From an uncultured Candidatus Saccharibacteria bacterium (GTDB lineage Bacteria; Patescibacteriota; Minisyncoccia; Phycocordibacterales; UBA918), in assembly GCA_964626635.1 (NCBI GenBank), contig CAZVFY010000001.1:112498-176497 (forward strand): a stretch of DNA of 64,000 bases, written 5' to 3'. The notes beneath the pieces are model-generated. The model saw nothing but the letters and a program-made list of their open reading frames with translations, was not told where the DNA came from and ran no database searches. The position numbers and the translations under genes are program-made. This document shows, piece by piece, positions 47,046 through 55,565 of the stretch. How positions within the stretch are numbered: the first letter of the stretch is position 1; each line of letters opens with the position of its first letter.

Positions 47046-47143
47046 ACAAATGAAGTGATGTGTGACTTACGAGTACATAGTTTAGTACCCCGTTAGCTGG
47101 CGACTATTTCACATCACGATACATCGAGGCAATATGGCAATAC

Positions 47144-47659
47144 CTAGTTGGTGATTTGCTCGAAATAGAGCCACATTCCCGATAGCGCGAGCCACAATTC
47201 GCTGGCCGGATCGACCGTCGTCCCGCACGAATCGAGCGTGTACTCGGCGTCATTCAAAGTAATTTCATACCGGACATCAATCCCCTCGGTGTATGAATTA
47301 CAAAGCGCCGGAGTGGTCGGCTGGCTTTGGGCGCGCAACGCGCTAACACGTAACACCTCTTCTAGCTCGCCCACTACCCTGCGACTAGCCTCGCCCGAGC
47401 GTAGCACTCGGCCACTGCCACCAGGGTAAAAGAAATAGCGATACTCACCGGTGTCGTCGATGCGAAATTGCGGACACGTGCCAGTCGCGTCACAACTACC
47501 GTAAGCGTTGCTGATGATGGTAAAGGTATCTTGTCGTTCTTCGACGGCAGTGGTGACTGTACGCTCGACCGGCGCAAAGCCAGTGAAATAGGTGTACACA
47601 CCAATCATCACCCCCGTAAAGAAGGTGAGGAACATGAGGAGTAGGTCACGGCGTTCCAT
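47144..47659 (-). CDS. membrane-anchored extracytoplasmic protein with four Cys, hypothetical
   Basis: N-terminal TM LLLMFLTFFTGVMIGVYTYF, then a soluble domain with CDATGTC and CNSY...DSCG cysteines. Confidence 0.35.
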   Translation of the reverse strand: MERRDLLLMFLTFFTGVMIGVYTYFTGFAPVERTVTTAVEERQDTFTIISNAYGSCDATGTCPQFRIDDTGEYRYFFYPGGSGRVLRSGEASRRVVGELEEVLRVSALRAQSQPTTPALCNSYTEGIDVRYEITLNDAEYTLDSCGTTVDPASELWLALSGMWLYFEQITN

Positions 47660-47716
47660 TCTGTATATCCTACCGCATTAGCAGATTGTTGGTATACTGT
47701 TGTGCCAAAGCGCATT

Positions 47717-47801
47717 GGAAGAGTGGCTGAGTGGTCGAAAGCGCACGCTTGGAAAGCGTGTGGGGCGAAAGCCCTCGCAGGTTCGAATCCTGTCTCTTCC
47801 G
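47717..47801 (+). tRNA. tRNA-Ser (anticodon GGA), class II with long variable arm
   Basis: Acceptor stem GGAAGAG/CTCTTCC. 3-bp D stem GCT/AGC. Anticodon stem CACGC/GCGTG with loop TTGGAAA, giving anticodon GGA. Variable arm GGGGCGAAAGCCCTC. T arm GCAGG TTCGAAT CCTGT. Discriminator G; CCA is not encoded. Confidence 0.85.
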
Positions 47802-47874
47802 CATATTGACGTATCACTTTTTATGTTATACTATTTAGACTGATCTTCGCCCTTTTCACTACTGGAGGAAGCCC

Positions 47875-48582
47875 ATGGCAAAGTTCGCCATCAAGTCAGT
47901 CAGCGAACCGACAATCAGCCGCACTCGTCCCGTTTACGTCATGTTCGACGAAGGCGTGGAAGAGTTGGAGGCACAAGCAGTATTCGACGGCCTCTCGCAG
48001 GTCATGATCGCTGCTGGTACCCCCGCGCACATGAAGGTTACAAACTTCAGCGTGTGGCGGAACGCCAACTGGCTCGATGGCGATGGATACCTCACTGAGT
48101 GGAACTCGGTGGATTGGTACATTGCCTACACCAAGGAGCAAAGCCGTGAAGGTCAGCTCCATGGTGGCACCCTGCTGCGCTTACTTTACAGCGAACCGTG
48201 GCAGGAAGCTGACCCACACTACGACATCGTGGTCACGAGCCGTGACCTCTACGATGACGACTGCCACTTCTGCATCGGACTGGCCATTCGTGGATTCGGT
48301 ACGATCATCTCAACCAACCGCTTCCGTGGCCTGTCCATGCAGGACGCCTACAACTGTATCGTCACCGAGACGATGCATGAGGTCGGTCATGTGTTTGGTC
48401 TTGTCGCTGAGACGAGAAAGAGCAATGTCGAACGTTCGCTGGGGCTACATTGCACCAATCGGTGCATCATGCGGCAAGGGCTTCGAGTTCCTTATGACTG
48501 GCAGGCCATCACGGCTGACCGTCTTGAGGGACACGAGTTCTGCGGCGAATGTGCCCACGACCTCAAGCGATACTTTCACTAG
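47875..48582 (+). CDS. archaemetzincin-like zinc metalloprotease (peptidase M54-like)
   Basis: HEVGHVFG (HExxHxxG), then GLHC...CIM and a C-terminal CGEC, matching the archaemetzincin signature HExxHxxGxxHC...CxM...CxxC with a ~12-aa insertion. SD GGAGGA lies 5 nt before the ATG. GC content is clearly above that of neighbouring genes. Confidence 0.55.
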   Translation: MAKFAIKSVSEPTISRTRPVYVMFDEGVEELEAQAVFDGLSQVMIAAGTPAHMKVTNFSVWRNANWLDGDGYLTEWNSVDWYIAYTKEQSREGQLHGGTLLRLLYSEPWQEADPHYDIVVTSRDLYDDDCHFCIGLAIRGFGTIISTNRFRGLSMQDAYNCIVTETMHEVGHVFGLVAETRKSNVERSLGLHCTNRCIMRQGLRVPYDWQAITADRLEGHEFCGECAHDLKRYFH

Positions 48583-48583
48583 A

Positions 48584-48636
48584 CCGCTCAACCGAGAAAG
48601 GCTTAGCCTGACTTCGGTTGGGCGGCTTTTCTTTTG
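48584..48636 (+). terminator. Rho-independent terminator after the metalloprotease gene
   Basis: Stem CCGCTCAACCG / CGGTTGGGCGG: 11 bp with one G-U pair, a loop holding an inner AGGCT/AGCCT helix, followed by CTTTTCTTTTG. Confidence 0.7.
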
Positions 48637-48729
48637 TCTAGACGACCACCTCCTCTAACAAAGAGGTTCTGATGTTATCTAGTTCCCTCCGGAGATTAAA
48701 ACTTTTTGCTCTAAAAGGACTAATTGAAC

Positions 48730-49638
48730 CTATAAATTCATCCCGCGCAATCTTGCAATCCGCTCGGGTGCGGGAGGATGGGTCTGAAATAGGCTGCCGA
48801 GGCGCTGCCACAAGTTCTGCTTTTGGCCACCGTATGGATCACTGATGAATAAATGCGCCGTGGCGTGTGACGCCTTGCGCATCGGGACGCGTCGGCCCGC
48901 TGTCGAGATCTTGTCGAGTGCTGACGCGAGGCCCTCGGGGTAGCGCGTTAGCATGGCGCCAGTCGCGTCGGCCAGGTATTCGCGTTTGCGCGAGATAGCC
49001 AGCTGCATCAGCTGCGCGGCAATCGGTAGCAGGATGATCCCCGCCAGACCGAGGATGAGGAAAATCGGGCTGCGGTCACGCCCACCACCGAACATAAGCG
49101 ACCGAGACAAGAAGTCTGCCAAGATCGCCACAAACCCCGCCAGCACGACAGCCACCGTCATCACTAACATATCGCGGTTCCCTACGTGCGCGAGTTCGTG
49201 CGCCATCACGCCCTCTAGCTCATTTTTATCGAGAATCTCTAGTAGTCCAGATGTCGCTGCCACAACGGCATGTTCAGGATTGCGACCGGTCGCAAATGCG
49301 TTCGGTGAGGGGTCGTCGACGATATAGACGCGCGGCATCGGCAGGCCAGCGGTGATCGATAAGTTTTCGACCATCCGGATCAGCTCGAGTTCCTGAAACA
49401 CTTCGCGTCTCGCCTCGCGGGCATTGGTCATGCGCAACACCAATTTGTCTGAGCGCCAGTACGAAAAAATGTTCATACCCACCGCAAACGCTACGGCCAC
49501 ATACAAGATCCATGGACTACCGATATACCACGCCGCGGCGTAGCCGATGGCAATAATCATGACCAGGAACACCGCCATTAACATGATCGTTTTAAATATA
49601 TTCCTGGACTGGTGGGTGTAGATGTTTTGGTTACTCAT
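48730..49638 (-). CDS. htpX: zinc metalloprotease HtpX (peptidase M48)
   Basis: Two N-terminal TM helices, the HELAHVGNRD HExxH motif, two further TM helices, and the C-terminal EYLADATGA and HPPAPERIARL motifs typical of HtpX. Confidence 0.85.
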   Translation of the reverse strand: MSNQNIYTHQSRNIFKTIMLMAVFLVMIIAIGYAAAWYIGSPWILYVAVAFAVGMNIFSYWRSDKLVLRMTNAREARREVFQELELIRMVENLSITAGLPMPRVYIVDDPSPNAFATGRNPEHAVVAATSGLLEILDKNELEGVMAHELAHVGNRDMLVMTVAVVLAGFVAILADFLSRSLMFGGGRDRSPIFLILGLAGIILLPIAAQLMQLAISRKREYLADATGAMLTRYPEGLASALDKISTAGRRVPMRKASHATAHLFISDPYGGQKQNLWQRLGSLFQTHPPAPERIARLRGMNL

Positions 49639-49979
49639 GACTGTGTATACGTGGATGATAGCAGAAAATTGCGCTTTTTATAGAGGCCTTTTTGCTCGAC
49701 ATTAGACTGCATCGCCAGCGCGAATTCAGCCTCGCTGATCTCGTGGTGTTTGGTCAGTGTGTCAAGCGCCACCATCAAGTCGCAATACTCGCGGATAAAT
49801 GCTTCACGGTCGCTGGTTGCAACAAGTTCGGCTGCTTCTTCGAGCACTTTGTTACCCAATAATGCGACATACTCCTCATCATCTGTCACTTGGCGCACCT
49901 CGCAGGTATCGCCAGCCTGCGCGATGTTGTAGGGCACCAGATCACGCACCAATTTGTTGTAGGTAACAGTATGACTCAT
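49635..49979 (-). CDS. small all-alpha NTP pyrophosphohydrolase, MazG/HisE-like
   Basis: 114 aa starting YNKLVRDLVP with EEAAELV...E...EY.DLMVAL acidic helix motifs characteristic of the MazG-like fold. Overlaps htpX by 4 nt. Confidence 0.45.
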   Translation of the reverse strand: MSHTVTYNKLVRDLVPYNIAQAGDTCEVRQVTDDEEYVALLGNKVLEEAAELVATSDREAFIREYCDLMVALDTLTKHHEISEAEFALAMQSNVEQKGLYKKRNFLLSSTYTQS

Positions 49980-49999
49980 AACAAGGACGAACTACCAGT

Positions 50000-50614
50000 T
50001 TAGGCAGTAGCACTTGATCCAAAGTCGACCTTGACTGGCTGACGAGCTGCTTGTTCGGTCGGATCAAGTTCAAAGTATTCGAACGGTCGGAAATTGAAGG
50101 CGTTACCGATGATGTTACTCGGGAATGATTGCAGGGCGATCAACAAGTCGCGTACATTAGTGTTGTAGAATCGTCGTGAGGCTTGAATTTTGTTTTCGGT
50201 GTCGGTCAGCTCGGCCTGTAATTCCGAAAAGTTCTGTGATGCTTTTAGGTCCGGGTACGCCTCGGCGATCGCCAAGAGGTTACCGATTGCGCCACCGAGC
50301 GCTGCCTCAGCGCCGGCCATGGCCTTAATCTGTTCTGGTGTGACGTTTGACGGATCAACGTGCGTGGCGGTCGCATTGGCGCGTGCTGCTGTCACGGCGT
50401 CGAGGGTTTCGCGTTCATGGGCCGCATAGCCTTTGACGGTCTCGATCAAGTTCGGGATAAGGTCGTAACGTCGTTTTAGTTGGACGTCAATGTCTGACCA
50501 GGCCTCTTTGGTGCGCTGGGTGAGTTTAATAAATTTGTTGTACGCGTAAATCACGTATCCAATTAGCAATACGGCGATAACGATTAAAATGATGAGTCCA
50601 ATTCCAAGTTCCAT
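50000..50614 (-). CDS. lemA: LemA family membrane protein
   Basis: N-terminal TM, then YNKFIKLTQRTKEAWSDIDVQLKRRYDLIPNLIETVKGYAAHERETL, the LemA signature. Confidence 0.8.
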   Translation of the reverse strand: MELGIGLIILIVIAVLLIGYVIYAYNKFIKLTQRTKEAWSDIDVQLKRRYDLIPNLIETVKGYAAHERETLDAVTAARANATATHVDPSNVTPEQIKAMAGAEAALGGAIGNLLAIAEAYPDLKASQNFSELQAELTDTENKIQASRRFYNTNVRDLLIALQSFPSNIIGNAFNFRPFEYFELDPTEQAARQPVKVDFGSSATA

Positions 50615-50696
50615 AGATATTAATTAGTTTGTACTTTTATTATACAACAAAACACTGGCGTAAACCAGCGTTTTATACGCACATTTAGTAGTTAAC

Positions 50697-52358
<1,662 letters not shown>

Positions 52359-52365
52359 TTACTGA

Positions 52366-52686
52366 TTATTGTTTGTTAAAAACTCCCAAAATGCTTGATT
52401 CAGATACAATAAAGTACTCCTTTTCTTCGATTTTTACTTCGTCGTAGCCGTACTTACTAAATACCACTCGGTCACCTACGCTCACATCCATTTTCAGTCG
52501 CTCGTCGCCATCATCGTTCCACTTACCAGCACCGACCGCCACTACAATCCCTTGTTCTGGCTTTTCTTTCTTGGCTGTTTCAGGAATAATAATGCCGCTT
52601 TTCGAGACACTGCCTGATTCTTCTTCTGTTAATGGACGTACCACTACGCGGTCATGAAGTGGTTTGATTGGACTTTTTTCTGACAT
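52366..52686 (-). CDS. groS: co-chaperonin GroES (Cpn10)
   Basis: IKPLHDRVVVRP, a mobile loop, and VGDRVVFSKYG. Lies 16 nt upstream of groEL. Carries a ~12-aa insertion (KWNDDGDERLKM) relative to canonical GroES. Confidence 0.9.
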   Translation of the reverse strand: MSEKSPIKPLHDRVVVRPLTEEESGSVSKSGIIIPETAKKEKPEQGIVVAVGAGKWNDDGDERLKMDVSVGDRVVFSKYGYDEVKIEEKEYFIVSESSILGVFNKQ

Positions 52687-52805
52687 ACAATTCTATAGTT
52701 GGATTATTTGAAATAACAGTGTAGCGGACGAAAGTCACCACAACTTCCATAACGCTTCCGTCGCACTGCCATTATAACGCAGGTCGTAAAGGTTGCAATT
52801 TTAGG

Positions 52806-52833
52806 TTGACACATATGATTTTTCATGTATAAT
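52806..52833 (+). promoter_or_regulatory. near-consensus sigma70 promoter (TTGACA-N16-TATAAT) for the downstream GC-rich gene
   Basis: TTGACA at 52806-11 and TATAAT at 52828-33. SD AAGGAGA at 52856-62 and ATG at 52869. Confidence 0.55.
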
Positions 52834-52868
52834 GTACTTCTACATCACAAAATTCAAGGAGACTCGTG

Positions 52869-53372
52869 ATGATACGTACTCTGTTCTTTCTGCTCGCCCT
52901 GTTTGCACCCGCGGGCGCCTCGGCCATGACCCAGCAGCGGCTCGAGTCCTGCTGGGGTAACATCCAGCCCTACCAGGTTGGCTTCACCGAGGTCTACAAC
53001 GATGGATCTCGCGCCCGCGGCACGTTCGTCGTCGAGAGTCCCTCGACCGTTCGACTGCGGTACCACTCGGGCGCCGAGACCTGGTTCACTCGACAGAAGT
53101 TTCACGTCCGTGACCATGTGTCCGGGCGTGTGGAAGAGTATCCGGGCGGCACGTTCACCTACCTGATGCGTCGCAAGCCCCAGCTCGGTCGCGTGGCGAC
53201 GCAGATCATGCCTGGTGACCGAGAAACCGGTGTCCGTCTGCACGATCCCAGTGGTCGAGTTGGCGGACATGTCGACGTCTATTTCGACAACAACTGCCGG
53301 ATGGTGCGATGGGAAACCCGCACCATCGTCGACGGGAGGCAGAACCATGTTGACACCCACTTCGGTGGGTGA
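52869..53372 (+). CDS. secreted protein of unknown function, compositionally atypical (GC-rich)
   Basis: Signal peptide MIRTLFFLLALFAPAGASA. GC content is far higher than in the flanking groES and secG. The six-frame ORF starts at GTG 52866; the ATG at 52869 is preferred. Confidence 0.5.
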   Translation: MIRTLFFLLALFAPAGASAMTQQRLESCWGNIQPYQVGFTEVYNDGSRARGTFVVESPSTVRLRYHSGAETWFTRQKFHVRDHVSGRVEEYPGGTFTYLMRRKPQLGRVATQIMPGDRETGVRLHDPSGRVGGHVDVYFDNNCRMVRWETRTIVDGRQNHVDTHFGG

Positions 53373-53378
53373 GACCCC

Positions 53379-53408
53379 AGCCCCGCGCTTCTTGAGCGCG
53401 GGGCTTTA
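53379..53408 (+). terminator. GC-rich hairpin terminator candidate (weak U-tract)
   Basis: AGCCCCGCGC ttcttga GCGCGGGGCT: perfect 10-bp stem starting 7 nt after the stop, followed by TTACC. Confidence 0.45.
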
Positions 53409-53411
53409 CCA

Positions 53412-53439
53412 TTGAAGTTTTACGCCAATCTGCTATAGT
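53412..53439 (+). promoter_or_regulatory. candidate promoter TTGAAG-N16-TATAGT for secG, implying a leaderless or near-leaderless transcript
   Basis: The -10 ends at 53439 and the ATG is at 53448. No SD lies upstream. Confidence 0.35.
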
Positions 53440-53447
53440 TTTCCTTA

Positions 53448-53687
53448 ATGAATGTAATTGCAACTATTCTGGCAGTATTGCCATACATCCAAATTGTGCT
53501 CGCAATAGTACTGGTGACAGTTATTTTGTTACAACAACGCGGGTCGAGCCTCGGGGGTGCTTTTGGTGGCGACAACTTTAGCTCAGCCTTCAATAAGCGC
53601 CGTGGCGCAGAAGAATTCTTATTCCGATTTACGGTCGTTACCGCACTGTTATTTGTCGTCTCGACGTTCCTCAACATTCTGTTGTAA
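53448..53687 (+). CDS. secG: preprotein translocase subunit SecG
   Basis: 79 aa, two TM helices, and the LLQQRGSSLGGAFGGDN glycine-rich loop typical of SecG. Confidence 0.75.
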   Translation: MNVIATILAVLPYIQIVLAIVLVTVILLQQRGSSLGGAFGGDNFSSAFNKRRGAEEFLFRFTVVTALLFVVSTFLNILL

Positions 53688-53823
53688 ACAGTTATTGTGC
53701 GTGCCTTGCGTGCACTAGTTCCCGGCTGATAGCAGATGCAGCAGTGTGCTGACACACATCAGCTGGCGCCCCATTGGATCTTTTGCATTCGATATCATAC
53801 ACAATCCATCTCTCTTGTAGTAC

Positions 53824-55548
53824 ATGAAAAGATTATTTTCACCCGTTCGTCTCATATCGTTTATTGAATCCGCTAAAGCGAGCGATCGATGGTTGTTGCG
53901 TATATTGTTATTTGCCATGATTGGAGCGCTGATCTGGTCTATCATCGCCGTCAGTAGCATGTTTACAGAAGCCACTGCTGGGGCTGGTGGACACTGGCAC
54001 GAAGGGATCCTCGGTACACCGAGATTCGTAAACCCGGTCCTAGCCCAAAGCCAAGCTGACCGCGATATGGTGGCTCTGGTGTATTCCGGTCTACTTAAGA
54101 TTGATGCCAATGGTGAATTGACTACAGACCTAGCTAGCGACTGGACCGTTACTGACGACGGACTGACGTACGTCGTGTCCTTGCGTCGCGACGCCACATT
54201 TCATGACGGCGTACCGGTCACGAGCGAAGATGTCGCTTTTACCATTGACCTAATCCAGAATGACGCTCTCAACAGCCCGCGCAGTGGCGAGTGGGTTGAT
54301 GTGTCGCTCGCTGTCATCGACGCGTACACCATCGAATTTACCCTGACCGAACCGTATGCACCATTTTTGTATAACCTCACGCTCGGCGTACTACCAGCCC
54401 ACGAGTGGCGCGGATTACCAGTTGAGCAGCTGCCGTTTAGTAATTTGAATCTGGTACCAGTCGGGTCTGGGCCGTACGAGATTGCTGACACTCGTTTTGC
54501 GGACACTGGCGCGATCAATCGCTACCGATTAAACCGCGCGGACAACCATTATGCCCAACCCCTAATTAAACAAATCACGGTGTCATTTTATGATTCGGTT
54601 GAACTACTCGAACAAGCGCTAGCTAGCGGCGATGTAGACGCCACGGCGTACGCCAGTCCAACATTTGTGACCGACCTCGCAGCAGAAGGGCTAGGGGCTG
54701 AGGCGGTACCCCAGACCAGGGTATTTGGGTTGTTTTTTAATCAAAACCGCTCGGCTGCATTGCGAGATGCGGCGGTCCGCGAGGCGTTAGATATTGTGAT
54801 TGATCGTGATCAGATTATTGCCGAAGCTAACCTCGCCGCACGTCCCCGATTATTTGCTGGGCAATTAGATGATAATGCGCTAGAATCAAACGATCAGCAG
54901 GAAGCGTCCGCAACTCGACCTGACTCCCCCATTGCCGTAGCCAATGACGTATTAGAAGCGGCTGGCTGGTCGCAAAACGCAGACGGACTATGGCAAACGG
55001 AAGTTGATGAAAGTGAAGTGGAGCTAACTGTCGTGATCAAAACCAGTAACGCCCCGGTCTTTAATGACATCGCAAAAGCGGTGCAAACTGCTTGGGAGTC
55101 ACTCGGCGTGAGCGTAGCGATCGAACAGTACGAGCGTAATGATTTAGCTCGCTCAGTGATTGGTCCACGTGATTTTGAGGTATTGTTGTTTGGGGTTGAT
55201 CCCGGGTATAGCCAAAACTTGTATCCCCTCTGGCACTCGTCGCAGCGAGATGATCCAGGTTCGAATATATCACAGTACACCAATCTGACGGTGGACGATG
55301 CACTTGAGGTATTGCAGGTCAGTGCAGATCCAGTTGAGCGGACCGACGCCATCAACACCATCAATACCGTCATTTACGAAGAAAAACCAGCCCTGTTGCT
55401 ATTTACCCCGACTGTCCAGTACGTGTACCCGAACAATCTCACCGAGAGTCTCCCGCCATTGCTAACGGAACCAGCTGATCGATTTTCGACAGTGAGCGAC
55501 TGGTACATCGAAACCGATTCCATTTGGCCAATTTTTAATACTGATTAA
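53824..55548 (+). CDS. ABC transporter substrate-binding protein, family 5 (oligopeptide/dipeptide/nickel type)
   Basis: N-terminal TM/signal anchor, then WTVTDDGLTYVVSLRRDATFHDGVPVTSEDVAFTID, the SBP_bac_5 core. 574 aa. Confidence 0.8.
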   Translation: MKRLFSPVRLISFIESAKASDRWLLRILLFAMIGALIWSIIAVSSMFTEATAGAGGHWHEGILGTPRFVNPVLAQSQADRDMVALVYSGLLKIDANGELTTDLASDWTVTDDGLTYVVSLRRDATFHDGVPVTSEDVAFTIDLIQNDALNSPRSGEWVDVSLAVIDAYTIEFTLTEPYAPFLYNLTLGVLPAHEWRGLPVEQLPFSNLNLVPVGSGPYEIADTRFADTGAINRYRLNRADNHYAQPLIKQITVSFYDSVELLEQALASGDVDATAYASPTFVTDLAAEGLGAEAVPQTRVFGLFFNQNRSAALRDAAVREALDIVIDRDQIIAEANLAARPRLFAGQLDDNALESNDQQEASATRPDSPIAVANDVLEAAGWSQNADGLWQTEVDESEVELTVVIKTSNAPVFNDIAKAVQTAWESLGVSVAIEQYERNDLARSVIGPRDFEVLLFGVDPGYSQNLYPLWHSSQRDDPGSNISQYTNLTVDDALEVLQVSADPVERTDAINTINTVIYEEKPALLLFTPTVQYVYPNNLTESLPPLLTEPADRFSTVSDWYIETDSIWPIFNTD

Positions 55549-55565
55549 GCAGTAACTAACCATTT

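Noticed and set aside
47608-47817. 69-aa minus-strand ORF overlapping the tRNA-Ser
   Set aside because: It overlaps a well-folded tRNA gene on the opposite strand and has no coding signal.
48641-48729. Short palindromes (CCTCTaacaaAGAGG, CTCCGGAG) between the metalloprotease terminator and the htpX 3' end as a second terminator
   Set aside because: Stems are only 5 bp or less and are not followed by a convincing U-tract. They are probably incidental.
50647-50678. Hairpin CACTGGCG-taaa-CCAGCG between groEL and lemA as an intrinsic terminator
   Set aside because: The stem is only 4-5 bp with mismatches. It has A and T tracts on both sides, but the predicted stability is too low to call confidently.
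52687-52865. CIRCE (HrcA operator, TTAGCACTC-N9-GAGTGCTAA) upstream of groES
   Set aside because: Neither half-site nor a close variant was found in the groES upstream region. The only clear signal there is the plus-strand TTGACA-N16-TATAAT promoter for the divergent gene.
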